Positions 46,309 to 56,197 of a DNA stretch of 64,000 bases are shown here, piece after piece. The translations under genes and the position numbers were made by a program. The notes under the pieces are model-generated. The model saw only the letters and a list, made by a program, of their open reading frames with translations. It was not told the DNA's origin and did not search any database. The DNA is taken from NCBI GenBank assembly GCA_002500485.1, contig DLRJ01000033.1, positions 7,035 to 71,034 of the forward strand, read 5' to 3'. Source of the stretch: Dehalococcoidia bacterium UBA7891. Lineage in GTDB: Bacteria > Chloroflexota > Dehalococcoidia > Lucifugimonadales > UBA826. The stretch's first letter is position 1, and each line of letters starts with the position of its first letter.

Positions 46309-47202
46309 ATGGTAGATTTTGGAAGACTTCTCACAGCTATGATTACCCCGTTTGATTCAGCCGGTAATATTGACTTCCCTCAGGCCAGAAAACTTGCAAA
46401 AGGATTAGTTGCATCAGGGACTGACGGGTTGGTGATAGGCGGTACCACAGGCGAATCTCCCTCTATGTCAGATGACGAAAAGGTACAGCTATTCGCCGAG
46501 GTGAAAGAAGCTGTAGGTGACACTGCCACGGTAATCGCAGGAACCACCGATAATAATCATAGAAAATCTGTGGAACTGTCTATTGAGGCAGAAAAGGTTG
46601 GGGCTGACGGGTTACTACTGACGGTTCCTGCCTACAACAAGCCTACACAAGAAGGACTTTATCAAAACTTTAAGGCGATATCAGAAGCGACCTCTCTTCC
46701 GGGACTACTTTACAACGTTCCATCTAGGACAGCCTTGAACATGACAACAGAAACTACACTGAGACTTGCTGAGATAGATAGCATAGTGGGAGTGAAAGAA
46801 GCTTCAAGCGATTATGTTCAAATCACCAATATTATTGACAAAGCTCCCGACGGATTTAGAGTTTGGTCTGGAAATGATGACGAAACATTTCCCATCATGT
46901 GTGTTGGAGGGCATGGAGTAGTAAGTGTTGCTTCTAACCTCTACGGAAACCAGATCAAAACTATGATGGGACTCATACTCGAAGGAAATATTGAAAGTGC
47001 TGCCACCGAACACAAGCGGTTACTTCCAATTTTCAAAGCCCTTTTTGGGGTTACCAATCCTATCCCAATCAAATATGCCGTCAATCGAGTAGGGTTTAAT
47101 GCTGGATCAGTCAGGCTCCCGCTCTGCGATCCAGATGATGATTTTATATCGACCTTTAATCCTGTAATGGACGAATATGAGGCGGATCTCCCAGTTTCCT
47201 AA
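46309..47202 (+). CDS. dapA: 4-hydroxy-tetrahydrodipicolinate synthase
   Basis: 297 aa. Contains TAMITPF, GGTTGESPSMS, YNVPSRT and VGVKEAS. Confidence 0.93.
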   Translation: MVDFGRLLTAMITPFDSAGNIDFPQARKLAKGLVASGTDGLVIGGTTGESPSMSDDEKVQLFAEVKEAVGDTATVIAGTTDNNHRKSVELSIEAEKVGADGLLLTVPAYNKPTQEGLYQNFKAISEATSLPGLLYNVPSRTALNMTTETTLRLAEIDSIVGVKEASSDYVQITNIIDKAPDGFRVWSGNDDETFPIMCVGGHGVVSVASNLYGNQIKTMMGLILEGNIESAATEHKRLLPIFKALFGVTNPIPIKYAVNRVGFNAGSVRLPLCDPDDDFISTFNPVMDEYEADLPVS

Positions 47203-47222
47203 ATATTGCCAATCGGCTTAAT

Positions 47223-48521
47223 TCAGGAGGCTAAGATATCCCTTACCATTATTGTGTGATCTCTATGAGGTCCAGTCGAAATAATATCAACTGGGCAACC
47301 AATTAACTCCTCGAGGCGATCCACATACACCCTTGCATTAATTGGCAATTGTGAGGCTTCTGATATACCGGCAGTAGGCGTATCCCATCCCGGCAGAGTT
47401 TCATAAATTGGTAAACATCTTTCTAGGGCCGCTACCCCTCCTGGAGGTTCGTCAAGTATTTCACCATCCAATTTGTATGCCACACAAATATTTATCGAGT
47501 CTAAATGATCCAGCACATCCAGTCTTGTAATTACTGCAGAGGTATATCCATTGATCCTGTTGCTGTATCTCGCCAGCACCCCATCAAACCACCCTATTCT
47601 TCTTGCCCTTCCTGTTGTAGTACCGAATTCTTTTGCAATGGTGCGAATTCCTTCCCCCACATCATCAAATAATTCCGTAGGAAATGGCCCTGAACCAACT
47701 CTTGTATTGTAAGCTTTAAAGATACCCAACACATTTGTAATTTGCCTAGGCTGAATCGCTAAACCAGTACTGGCACCGCCAATGGTGGGGCTGGAAGATG
47801 TTACGAACGGGTATGTACCATGATCCAAATCAAGCAGTATTCCTTGTGCTCCCTCTAGGACTACTGTACCACCCGAATCCAATACCTCATTTACATATCT
47901 ACCTACTGGTTTTATAAGAGGTCCCAGAAAATCTTTCCACATCCTACTTTTATCCAAAATATAGTCTATAGATACGGAATCAACCTCATACACCTTAGTC
48001 AATACTCTATTCACGAAGGGAAGAACTTCTTCCAGGCGGTGCCTTAAACCTTCCAAATCCAAAAGATCTGCCGCCCTTATACCCGTTCTAGATGTTTTGT
48101 CACTGTAGGCAGGGCCAATGCCCTTTCCTGTGGTACCAATTGCAAAGTCGCCCCGCTCCCTTTCAGCTAAGGTGTCCAACATTACATGGTAAGGCATTAT
48201 GAGATGGGCTCTTTCACTAATCATGAGGGAATGACTTATATCTATACCTCCCCGTTGCAACGCCTCCATCTCTTCGATCAAAACATCTGGGTCAACTACC
48301 ACTCCATTCCCTATAACATTCATGACCCCATCGCTAAAAACACCACAGGGAACCAAGTGAAGGCTAAAATCACCCAAATCATTTATCACTGTGTGGCCGG
48401 CATTGTTGCCACCAGAGAACCTAGCCACAATATCAGCTCGTCGTGAAATATAGTCTATTATCTTCCCTTTCCCTTCATCACCCCACTGGGCACCGAGGAT
48501 GGCATATGCGGGCATCCGCAA
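47223..48521 (-). CDS. purA: adenylosuccinate synthase
   Basis: 432 aa. Contains GAQWGDEGKGKIID, GGNNAGHT and GTTGKGIGPAY. Confidence 0.96.
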   Translation of the reverse strand: MRMPAYAILGAQWGDEGKGKIIDYISRRADIVARFSGGNNAGHTVINDLGDFSLHLVPCGVFSDGVMNVIGNGVVVDPDVLIEEMEALQRGGIDISHSLMISERAHLIMPYHVMLDTLAERERGDFAIGTTGKGIGPAYSDKTSRTGIRAADLLDLEGLRHRLEEVLPFVNRVLTKVYEVDSVSIDYILDKSRMWKDFLGPLIKPVGRYVNEVLDSGGTVVLEGAQGILLDLDHGTYPFVTSSSPTIGGASTGLAIQPRQITNVLGIFKAYNTRVGSGPFPTELFDDVGEGIRTIAKEFGTTTGRARRIGWFDGVLARYSNRINGYTSAVITRLDVLDHLDSINICVAYKLDGEILDEPPGGVAALERCLPIYETLPGWDTPTAGISEASQLPINARVYVDRLEELIGCPVDIISTGPHRDHTIMVRDILAS

Positions 48522-48696
48522 TTCTCCTAAATTTATCTCAACATTTTGTTAAGCCTATAAAAGGCAAATATTTCTGGGCAAAAAAATTTCTCCTCAATGA
48601 GGGTCCGGACCTCAAAACACGGACACTTCACAGGGAGATTTCACTCCGAAGTATAACAGAAGTTACTGGGTCAATTAGTGTAGATTTCCCAAATTT

Positions 48697-49545
48697 TTAC
48701 AGGAAATCGTTAACAAACCCTTCTAATTGTTCCAAGGCTTCTTTCTCAGGGACGCTGTCAATGGATAAAACTATTCTTTCGGCACCTGCTGAAAAAAGTT
48801 CACTTACTATACTGGGATCAGGGGTAGCACCGTAAACAGTTATTCCTATCGTGGAAAAATCCCTGCCTGATTCCTCACAGAGTCTTTTAAGTTCATTTTT
48901 ACCGCTCTCAATATCTCCAGGGGTTATACGATTCGGCATCCAAGCATCGCCCCAACTTACCACTCTTTTAAATACATTTTTTGCATGACCGCCCAGATAT
49001 ATGGGAGGGTGTGGGCGCTGAACTGGCATTGGAAAAGAATACACAGGAGGAAAATCATAATACTTACCGTGATATTCACTTTCCACCGTGGTCCAAAGTT
49101 CTTTCATGGCCATCACAGATTCTCTGGTCTGAGTCCAACGGTGGGCAAAATCACCTCCCATAATATCCGTTTCTTCTTTTAACCAGCCGGCCCCAATACC
49201 AAACAAAAATCTGCCCTTGGCATACATATCTAGAGTCGCTACCTCTTTTGCGAGTATAAGAGGGTTTCTTTCTGGCACCAAGCAAATACCTGTTCCTAAT
49301 AATAGCTTATCTGTAACTGCCGAAGCTCGACCTAAAGCCACAAAGGGATCGGCCACATCGGCATACTTTTTAGGTATCACACCACCTGGACCCGGCCAAG
49401 GTGTTTCTGCACCCACAGGTAATACTGGATGCTCAGCAACCCACAATGAATCGAATCCAGCTTCTTCCGCTTTCGCTGCCAAAACTGCTATATCAATAGC
49501 ATAATCTGTTGGAAATGTAGTTATCCCTATATTACCCATTTGCAC
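48697..49545 (-). CDS. luciferase-like monooxygenase (LLM) class, probably F420-dependent oxidoreductase
   Basis: 282 aa. Contains AEEAGFDSLWVAEHP..., LGTGICLVPERNP and FGIGAGW. Confidence 0.8.
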   Translation of the reverse strand: MQMGNIGITTFPTDYAIDIAVLAAKAEEAGFDSLWVAEHPVLPVGAETPWPGPGGVIPKKYADVADPFVALGRASAVTDKLLLGTGICLVPERNPLILAKEVATLDMYAKGRFLFGIGAGWLKEETDIMGGDFAHRWTQTRESVMAMKELWTTVESEYHGKYYDFPPVYSFPMPVQRPHPPIYLGGHAKNVFKRVVSWGDAWMPNRITPGDIESGKNELKRLCEESGRDFSTIGITVYGATPDPSIVSELFSAGAERIVLSIDSVPEKEALEQLEGFVNDFL

Positions 49546-49575
49546 ATACCTCTTTTTAAAATCAATATTCTAGGC

Positions 49576-49926
49576 CTACTTGGATAGCAATTTTATGGCT
49601 CGGTAAAGGTATACCGTTTCCTCCTCCGGTGGCAAATCCAAATCTTTCAATTGCTCTGATTGTTCATAACCTCCCAAAGTAGATGCTCCAGGCAGTACTG
49701 ATAGGATCAGTTCCTTTAAAAACCCTTCCGGGGTCACGACAATGCAACCTCTGTCGGGAAAACCGACAATAGGTTCTACTTCTATGGCTTGGACAGTTTC
49801 CATACCTAAGAATCCAGGAAAATTTGCCACAGAACTTGCAAGCCCAATCAGCAAGTTATGCAATTTAGCGTTTGTCTCATTTAAAATCACATCAGCTTCT
49901 ATATTCGGTTTCGTTGTCGAATCCAT
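49576..49926 (-). CDS. hypothetical protein
   Basis: 116-aa ORF in a coding-dense context. I recognise no family. Confidence 0.5.
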   Translation of the reverse strand: MDSTTKPNIEADVILNETNAKLHNLLIGLASSVANFPGFLGMETVQAIEVEPIVGFPDRGCIVVTPEGFLKELILSVLPGASTLGGYEQSEQLKDLDLPPEEETVYLYRAIKLLSK

Positions 49927-49929
49927 TGT

Positions 49930-49958
49930 TTGACACCCCCTATATCGGCTATTATATT
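49930..49958 (+). promoter_or_regulatory. near-consensus sigma70-type promoter for the tRNA cluster
   Basis: TTGACA (49930-49935), then a 17-nt spacer, then TATATT (49953-49958). The first tRNA starts at 49982. Confidence 0.55.
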
Positions 49959-49981
49959 TTATTAGTCTGTGGGACTAGCAT

Positions 49982-50054
49982 GGCTACGTAGCTCAGGGGT
50001 TAGAGCGGGCGCTTCATAAGCGCTAGGTCGCTGGTTCAAATCCAGCCGTAGCCA
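49982..50054 (+). tRNA. tRNA with CAT anticodon (elongator Met, or Ile2 if lysidine-modified); CCA not encoded
   Basis: Hand-folded cloverleaf: acceptor GGCTACG/CGTAGCC, D arm GCTC..GAGC, anticodon loop TTCATAA, T arm GCTGG-TTCAAAT-CCAGC. There is no initiator-type GGG/CCC anticodon stem. Confidence 0.9.
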
Positions 50055-50099
50055 GAAACCAAACTGTTCTCTAAGGCTCGGTCTTACCGGGCAAAATTA

Positions 50100-50176
50100 G
50101 GGCGGTTAGCTCAGCTGGTTAGAGCGCTACCTTCACACGGTAGAGGTCAGAGGTTCGAGTCCTCTATCGCCCACCA
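50100..50176 (+). tRNA. tRNA-Val (CAC), CCA encoded
   Basis: Acceptor GGGCGGT/ATCGCCC, anticodon stem CTACC/GGTAG with loop TTCACAC, T arm AGAGG-TTCGAGT-CCTCT. Confidence 0.92.
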
Positions 50177-50182
50177 GAAAAT

Positions 50183-50268
50183 GCCGAAGTGGCGGAACGG
50201 TAGACGCGCTACGTTCAGGACGTAGTATCCGCAAGGGTGTGTGGGTTCGAATCCCTCCTTCGGCACCA
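50183..50268 (+). tRNA. tRNA-Leu (CAG) with long variable arm, CCA encoded
   Basis: Acceptor GCCGAAG/CTTCGGC, anticodon stem CTACG/CGTAG with loop TTCAGGA, a long extra arm, and T-loop TTCGAAT. Confidence 0.92.
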
Positions 50269-50352
50269 GTCCCTTCAAATCACCTTGTTTTGTTCCTAGA
50301 AAAGCTTTAATCTACGCTGTATTATTCCCAAAAGTGAATTTACCCAAAATAA

Positions 50353-51219
50353 TTACAAACGTTCAATATACTCAAGTTCTTCATGTAACTCTTCTTTGGT
50401 GTAAAAATGCTCTAAGAGAATGGTCGCTTGTAAAGCTTTGACCCGCCGATGAAAGTCTGTAGGTATTGAACCCTTGCCCACAGACAGATGGGAATCATTT
50501 CTCCCTCTAACGTCATAAAGATAATTGTCACTCCAATGTACATGGGTAATGAGGTCCGGACGATTGAGAAAAGCCTCAATCTTTCCCGCACGCTCCTCTT
50601 CTGGAAATCTGTGTCCATAGGTCGACACATGGCTGGTATCGAGACAAAGTTGGACATTGTCTCTATCAACATCCAGGCACATCTCAATCCATTCCTCCGG
50701 ATTCATTCCAAAGGCCTCATTGGAATTATCCCAGTTAACCTGAGCGAAATCAGTATCATCCGAAATATTATTGAGCGCCCAATAGCAATTCAAATTCTCC
50801 AAAACAATTTCAATTCCTGAGGTTCGCGCGTAGTCTGAAAGAGTCCTTATCGATTCAATGTGTGTCTCATAATCCCCTTTTTGGCCACGTGGCTGCGTCT
50901 CAGAAACCCAGTTCTTAAGACCAAAATGCATGTTAATTTGTCCAATATTTGGAAACATTGCACAGCGATCAATATAATCTTTAAAAACCAAAATACACTC
51001 GTTTCTAAAGTCACTATCTGTTGCTGCAATATTCAATCGTTCTTCACCTATGGTAGTTGGAGCGTGAGCACTATAAAGAACATCGGCATATTCTCGAAAA
51101 TCATTGACATTGTCTCGAAGTGAAGTCTCAGCCCTAAGTTCAAATAGATTTATAGTCTTTAAGCCTGCCTTAACTGGAACGGCAAGCGGATATTTCAATC
51201 GGGGCATAATTTTCTCCAT
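50353..51219 (-). CDS. sugar phosphate isomerase/epimerase (xylose isomerase-like TIM barrel)
   Basis: 288 aa. Contains IEIVLENL, LCLDTSHV and HVHWSDN metal-ligand motifs. Confidence 0.8.
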   Translation of the reverse strand: MEKIMPRLKYPLAVPVKAGLKTINLFELRAETSLRDNVNDFREYADVLYSAHAPTTIGEERLNIAATDSDFRNECILVFKDYIDRCAMFPNIGQINMHFGLKNWVSETQPRGQKGDYETHIESIRTLSDYARTSGIEIVLENLNCYWALNNISDDTDFAQVNWDNSNEAFGMNPEEWIEMCLDVDRDNVQLCLDTSHVSTYGHRFPEEERAGKIEAFLNRPDLITHVHWSDNYLYDVRGRNDSHLSVGKGSIPTDFHRRVKALQATILLEHFYTKEELHEELEYIERL

Positions 51220-51223
51220 TCGT

Positions 51224-51517
51224 TTAACTTTGACTTGGTACCATTACTGGTCCGGATATTACTTGGGCCTTACCGGGAACCAAATCCCCTAAATGTTTAG
51301 ATATCCACTCCTGGGCCAAATTATTCGATTTAACACTCGTTTCTTCGTCCTCAAATATACTTACAGCGGTGACCAGTCCATCACCGGAGTCGACAACATA
51401 ATAGGCTATGTATCCCGGCTCCTCACTAATGATGGGCATGAACCCGTCATCAATTGTTTTCATAAGGCTATTAACAGAACCAGAAACCATTTTTCTACTT
51501 CGAACCGTTATCACCAT
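51224..51517 (-). CDS. ABM-like (antibiotic biosynthesis monooxygenase fold) small protein
   Basis: About 97 aa. ATG 51517 is preceded by GGAAGGAG 5 nt upstream. The track start at 51532 lies inside that SD. Confidence 0.6.
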   Translation of the reverse strand: MVITVRSRKMVSGSVNSLMKTIDDGFMPIISEEPGYIAYYVVDSGDGLVTAVSIFEDEETSVKSNNLAQEWISKHLGDLVPGKAQVISGPVMVPSQS

Positions 51518-51574
51518 GTAAACTCCTTCCATTTGAATTATTCAATCTTCAAAATGTCACTACCCTGAACTAGA

Positions 51575-52660
51575 TCATTCAAAAACCACAACGGATCTTA
51601 ATACTTTCCCAGCCTCCATTTTTTCAAAAGCAGTCTCAACTTCCGACATAGATATTGTCTCCGTTACGAATTTGTCCAAATTTATCCTTCCATCCAAGTG
51701 AAGATCAATGAATTTGGGGAAATCCCTGGAAGGAAGGCAGTCTCCATACCAAGAAGATTTTAGGGAACCTCCCCGTCCAAATACTTCTATCAAGGGAAGT
51801 TCAATTCTCATGGTGGGATCAGGCACTCCAACTAATACCAAAACCCCTGCATGGTCTCTGGCATAAAAGGCTTGTTCATATGTCTTTGGGTTACCCACCG
51901 CTTCAATAGTTACATTTGTTCCATTCCCATCAGTAACACTACGGATAAAATCTACTGGATCAGTGCTTCGGCTATTTACAGTGTGAGTGGCTCCAAACTC
52001 CATGGCCCACTCCAATTTTTGGTCATCTATGTCCACTGCTATTATTTTCTGGGCTCCGGCCAACTTAGAGCCAACTATTGCAGCGTTTCCAACACCTCCA
52101 CATCCAAAAACAGCTACGGAATCTCCCATCCCAATTGATCCTGTATTTATAGCAGCCCCAAGACCTGCCATTACACCACAACCCAGCAAAGAAGCCGTAT
52201 TGGAATTAACCGCTGCATCCACCTTAATAGCCTGTCCTGCGTCAACTAACGTTAACTCTGAGAAAGCACCAATGCCCAAAGCAGGTGAAAGAGTAGAACC
52301 ATCCTCCAGTGACATGTTCTGAACAGCGTTTCTACTGTCAAAACAATACCAGGGTTTGCCTTTAAGACATGAGCGACACCTACCACACGGAGATCTCCAG
52401 GCGATAATCACGAAATCCCCTACCGTGACATTGGTTACCCCCTCCCCTATCTCCTCTACATAACCAGCCGCCTCATGCCCTAGCAAAAAAGGGAATTCAT
52501 TATTGATTGCACCTTCACGATAGTGAAGATCCGTATGGCACACGCCACAGGCCTTGATTTTAATCAATGCTTCATTGGGCCCGGGTTCAGGAACTAAAAT
52601 CTCAACCTCTTCAACCCTCTCTCCCCTATTTCTTGCGATAACAGCCTTTGACTTATGCAA
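51575..52660 (-). CDS. zinc-dependent alcohol dehydrogenase (class III / S-(hydroxymethyl)thiol dehydrogenase-like)
   Basis: 361 aa. Contains [18 protein letters not shown], the structural-zinc cluster [15 protein letters not shown], and GCGGVG. TTG start. Confidence 0.9.
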   Translation of the reverse strand: MHKSKAVIARNRGERVEEVEILVPEPGPNEALIKIKACGVCHTDLHYREGAINNEFPFLLGHEAAGYVEEIGEGVTNVTVGDFVIIAWRSPCGRCRSCLKGKPWYCFDSRNAVQNMSLEDGSTLSPALGIGAFSELTLVDAGQAIKVDAAVNSNTASLLGCGVMAGLGAAINTGSIGMGDSVAVFGCGGVGNAAIVGSKLAGAQKIIAVDIDDQKLEWAMEFGATHTVNSRSTDPVDFIRSVTDGNGTNVTIEAVGNPKTYEQAFYARDHAGVLVLVGVPDPTMRIELPLIEVFGRGGSLKSSWYGDCLPSRDFPKFIDLHLDGRINLDKFVTETISMSEVETAFEKMEAGKVLRSVVVFE

Positions 52661-52723
52661 ATCTGCCCCCTAGACATATCTTTGATGTAACTTTTACATG
52701 TTACGCCATGTTAGCCTCCAGTC

Positions 52724-52735
52724 GTATGAAGCAGT
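52724..52735. repeat. 12-nt direct repeat GTATGAAGCAGT, copy 1
   Basis: An identical 12-mer recurs at 53078-53089 within the same ORF-free spacer. Confidence 0.4.
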
Positions 52736-53077
52736 TCCAGTAATTCACTGGTACCGATCTCACTCAGACCCATATCAACATTCACCTATTAGTTACTCCA
52801 CTGAGTCCGAATTTAGGAGATTTCTAAACTGATTGCTTATTTCTATCAGCTGTCACTAGGTTTGACTTTAGGCTTGGGTCCGAAGTTCGTAAAAATTTTC
52901 CATACCAGATTCCAATAAGGTTAAAGAAGATGCCATCAATATTATATGGCGAATATCAAGCACGTGACCTGGCCATATCCTCCTTATATTCCTTAAAAAG
53001 GCTAAGTCTGTTCATGACATAAAGAGGCTGGAAGTGGCCTCACTTAATACTCTCTAACCAAAATTCATTCGGGTATA

Positions 53078-53089
53078 GTATGAAGCAGT
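53078..53089. repeat. 12-nt direct repeat GTATGAAGCAGT, copy 2
   Basis: See 52724-52735. This copy ends about 48 nt upstream of the malic enzyme start. Confidence 0.4.
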
Positions 53090-53137
53090 ATTTACGAACC
53101 ATATAAAATGAGACAGTATCATGCGTGAGGTAATCAC

Positions 53138-54553
53138 TTGACTGTTAGAAGGCAACCTGGAGCCGCGCATAGTATCACGATAAGAACTTCATATCCCAAC
53201 ACAGTTGGCATGCTAGGTCAAATAACCACCAACATTAGTGCAGCTGGCGGGGATATTGGGGCAATCGACATCGTATCAGCCGGACGAAACGGCATGGTCC
53301 GAGATATTACAATAAATGCTCGGGACGATTCTCATGCAGAGATATTGAAAAAAGCGGTATCAAGCGTTGAAGGGGTAACAATAGTAAATGTATCCGATCA
53401 AGTCTTTCTAAGGCATCTTGGCGGTAAAATTGAAATGCAAAGCAAAGCACCCATTAAAACTAGAAATGACATGTCATTGATATACACACCGGGTGTTGCG
53501 AGAGTTAGCAAAGCCATTCATGAACAACCAGAATCTGTATGGAATCTCACGAGTAAGGGTAATACCGTTGCAATTGTGACCGATGGGTCAGCTGTACTCG
53601 GATTAGGGGATATTGGTCCTGCTGCTGCTTTACCCGTAATGGAAGGCAAGGCTCAATTACTGAAAGAACTAGTCGGGGTGGATGCCTGGCCTATTGTTCT
53701 AGATACTCACGACACAAACAAAATCGTAGACACAATAAAATTGCTATCCCCCGGGTTTGGGGCGATAAACCTGGAAGACATTTCGGCACCGAGATGCTTT
53801 GAAATAGAACAACGTCTTCACAAGGAACTGGCCATACCCGTATTTCATGATGATCAGCACGGAACTGCAATCGTGGTTCTGGCGGCACTATACAATGCAG
53901 TCAAAGTGGTCAACAAAAATTTACCTGAACTAAAGGTAGTATTAGTTGGAGTAGGAGCGGCTGGGGTGGCCACTACCAAACTTTTAATCAAAGCCGGCAT
54001 AAAAAATATCATTGGCGTGGATCGGTTAGGGATTTTAGACAGGCAAAAAGATTACGGGAATAACAAAGTTTGGAAAGAATATTCCAAAATAACAAATCCA
54101 CATAATATCTCTGGGCAAATCACAGAAGCTGTGACAGGTGCAGATGTGTTTATAGGCCTATCAGGCCCAGAAGTCCTCCAAATTGAAGACGTGAGTTTGA
54201 TGAACACAAACCCAATAATTTTTGCTATGGCGAATCCTGATCCTGAAATATGGCCGGAGGAAGTCGAAGGACTCGTTGAAGTTATGGCGACAGGAAGATC
54301 AGATTACCCCAACCAAGTTAATAATGCTTTGTGTTTCCCTGGCATGTTTAGGGGCATCCTAGATGCAAGAGCACAAAAAGTTACAGATGAAATGAAAATG
54401 GCCGCAGCCTTTGCCATATCCAAGGGAGTCTCAGAGAGCCATATTAATAACGAATATATTATGCCAAGCATTTTTGATACTGATGTGGCTGATCAAGTCG
54501 CAAAAAATGTAAAAGCCGCAGCCATAAAAAGTGGAGTGGCTCTGAAAAATTAA
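53138..54553 (+). CDS. NAD(P)-dependent malic enzyme with N-terminal ACT domain
   Basis: 471 aa. ACT-like N-terminus ([34 protein letters not shown]), then [31 protein letters not shown] and [11 protein letters not shown] start with GAGG 7 nt upstream. Confidence 0.92.
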   Translation: MTVRRQPGAAHSITIRTSYPNTVGMLGQITTNISAAGGDIGAIDIVSAGRNGMVRDITINARDDSHAEILKKAVSSVEGVTIVNVSDQVFLRHLGGKIEMQSKAPIKTRNDMSLIYTPGVARVSKAIHEQPESVWNLTSKGNTVAIVTDGSAVLGLGDIGPAAALPVMEGKAQLLKELVGVDAWPIVLDTHDTNKIVDTIKLLSPGFGAINLEDISAPRCFEIEQRLHKELAIPVFHDDQHGTAIVVLAALYNAVKVVNKNLPELKVVLVGVGAAGVATTKLLIKAGIKNIIGVDRLGILDRQKDYGNNKVWKEYSKITNPHNISGQITEAVTGADVFIGLSGPEVLQIEDVSLMNTNPIIFAMANPDPEIWPEEVEGLVEVMATGRSDYPNQVNNALCFPGMFRGILDARAQKVTDEMKMAAAFAISKGVSESHINNEYIMPSIFDTDVADQVAKNVKAAAIKSGVALKN

Positions 54554-54566
54554 CCTCCCAGATTAA

Positions 54567-54600
54567 GTTCCCTACAAAACGGGAACCTTCGGCCCTTTTT
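54567..54600 (+). terminator. candidate terminator hairpin
   Basis: GTTCCC-TACAAAAC-GGGAAC forms a 6-bp stem, but the T5 run begins 9 nt after the stem, which is imperfect geometry. Confidence 0.35.
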
Positions 54601-54839
54601 CCTCAGGATTTTGATGTTTAATTTGATTGATTCTGAACTTCTATATCCTGCCCGTAATTGGTTACGAGTACATGAAAGGTATCAGCCTAGACATCACCAT
54701 CCATGTTTATGACGTCAGCCAGTTTCAATCGGAAAACATAATATGAAAACCGGATTCCACATGCCTCTAGAATCATTCAATGGTATTTCTAGGCCTAAAG
54801 TGACATTGCAAGGATAGTACTGCAGTCACACCTTCACAT

Positions 54840-56108
54840 TTATCGCACGGCTGGGAATGTCCGATTGGCACTAAAGACCAGACCTATACTAAGAATTGTC
54901 AAAAGTAGGAACCCGCAAAAAATGTAGTTATAGCTCCCTGTTACATCGAACCCTATACCGGCGATCATTGGGCCAGCTGAAAAACCAAGAACTGCCGCCG
55001 CCCTATTGACTCCATATATTCCACCGACATTATTCTTTCCAAAATAGCTCACTAATAGCAAAACTAGTACTGTGGATTGAATTCCATCTGAAATCCCTCC
55101 AAGAGCCCCGGAAAACACAGCCTTGAAAAAAGTATCAGCAAATATAAGTAACGCGATCGAAAATGCCCTTACAGAAATGGCCGTCAGAATTAGTAGTCGA
55201 GGTGTATAGCGATCAGCCAAAACACCACCTATTAATCCCCCAATTGCTGAAGCAATAAACCGAACGCTAACTGTAGCAACCGCTTCCTCTGGATTCAAAC
55301 CTTGACCTACAAGGAAGGGCACTATGTGTAGCCCTATGCCTGCAGTAGCAATGCCAGTGGCAAATACTGTTGTCGTTAGAAACCAATATTCCTTAGTGTG
55401 GAGAACCTCCGACAAAGAAAATTCAGGGAATGTGAAGTTTCCCGACTCAACTTCATCACTATCATTCTCGTGAAGATCTGTAGGAGAGCGAACAAATAAA
55501 ATAACCGGAAGTGCTCCTACTAGAAACATTAATAAACCCAAAACCAACCATCCAAATCGCCAACCAAATTCTTCAATCGATGCTTGGGATATCAAAGGAA
55601 GTAATACACCACCTAAAGCCGTGACAGCAAATAAAACAGATACAGCCATTCCACTATTTCTATCAAACCATTTAGCTATGATAGAAGGGGAAACGGCTTG
55701 AATAAATCCTTGATCACTTACTCGTGCTGCCCCATAAAAAATATAAAACGCTATGATGGCGGAGATTTGGCTTAAAGCAATCATAGAAATAGTTGTAATT
55801 AAGGCTCCAATTGCCAATATGACCCTTGGTCCTGTTTGATCCAGGATTCTTCCCGTCACTACTGCCACCCCTGCCCCCAGCAAGGCACCCAGGCTTGCCG
55901 CCCCGGAAATTTGTGTACGGTTCCACAGAAATTCGTCGGACATCGGCAAAAAGAAGACGGTTAAAACATTAAGACTAGCCACAGAGTTAGAGAAGGCCAA
56001 ACCACAAACAGCTGCCAACACAACCCAGCTGTAGTGAATTTTCCTCAATGAACTAATCATTAACCATAGGTTCGCCTTGCCCTGTGATATTGAATTTTGA
56101 GTCCCCAT
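54840..56108 (-). CDS. MFS transporter
   Basis: 422 aa with about 12 predicted TM segments and the typical loop 2-3 motif region (GRILDQTGPR). Confidence 0.85.
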   Translation of the reverse strand: MGTQNSISQGKANLWLMISSLRKIHYSWVVLAAVCGLAFSNSVASLNVLTVFFLPMSDEFLWNRTQISGAASLGALLGAGVAVVTGRILDQTGPRVILAIGALITTISMIALSQISAIIAFYIFYGAARVSDQGFIQAVSPSIIAKWFDRNSGMAVSVLFAVTALGGVLLPLISQASIEEFGWRFGWLVLGLLMFLVGALPVILFVRSPTDLHENDSDEVESGNFTFPEFSLSEVLHTKEYWFLTTTVFATGIATAGIGLHIVPFLVGQGLNPEEAVATVSVRFIASAIGGLIGGVLADRYTPRLLILTAISVRAFSIALLIFADTFFKAVFSGALGGISDGIQSTVLVLLLVSYFGKNNVGGIYGVNRAAAVLGFSAGPMIAGIGFDVTGSYNYIFCGFLLLTILSIGLVFSANRTFPAVR

Positions 56109-56197
56109 TATAACTAGTCATTGAAGGGGATTTCTAAGCATTTCATCTCCGATCAATGCTTGGAAACTCATTTCCCCAAAAACTAAGGTGTGTTTTT

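Noticed and set aside
48522-48696. purA 5' leader, checked for a purine riboswitch or attenuator (contains a 10-nt palindrome GGTCCGGACC)
   Set aside because: I could not recognise the conserved purine-riboswitch junction sequences or a three-way junction. The palindrome is too short and loopless to form a stable hairpin.
49982-52660. tRNA-Met/Val/Leu cluster as an integration hotspot, with a downstream island (isomerase, ABM, ADH)
   Set aside because: The downstream genes have the same AT-rich composition as the rest of the window. I saw no integrase, no direct repeat of the tRNA-Leu 3' end and no mobile-element genes.
52930-53025. 31-codon plus-strand mini-ORF (MPSILYGEYQARDLAISSLYSLKRLSLFMT), and a minus-strand AAGGAGG followed by a 5-codon ORF, both in the long spacer
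   Set aside because: The first has only a weak SD and a featureless sequence. The second has about 2 nt of SD-to-ATG spacing and stops after five codons. Neither can be supported as a gene from sequence alone.
54601-54839. About 240 bp of non-coding sequence between the convergent malic-enzyme and MFS genes, examined for an sRNA or repeats (contains a TGACGTCA palindrome and several 5-bp inverted repeats)
   Set aside because: I found only short stems of the size expected by chance in AT-rich DNA. There is no strong hairpin with a U-tract on either strand beyond the weak one at 54567-54600.
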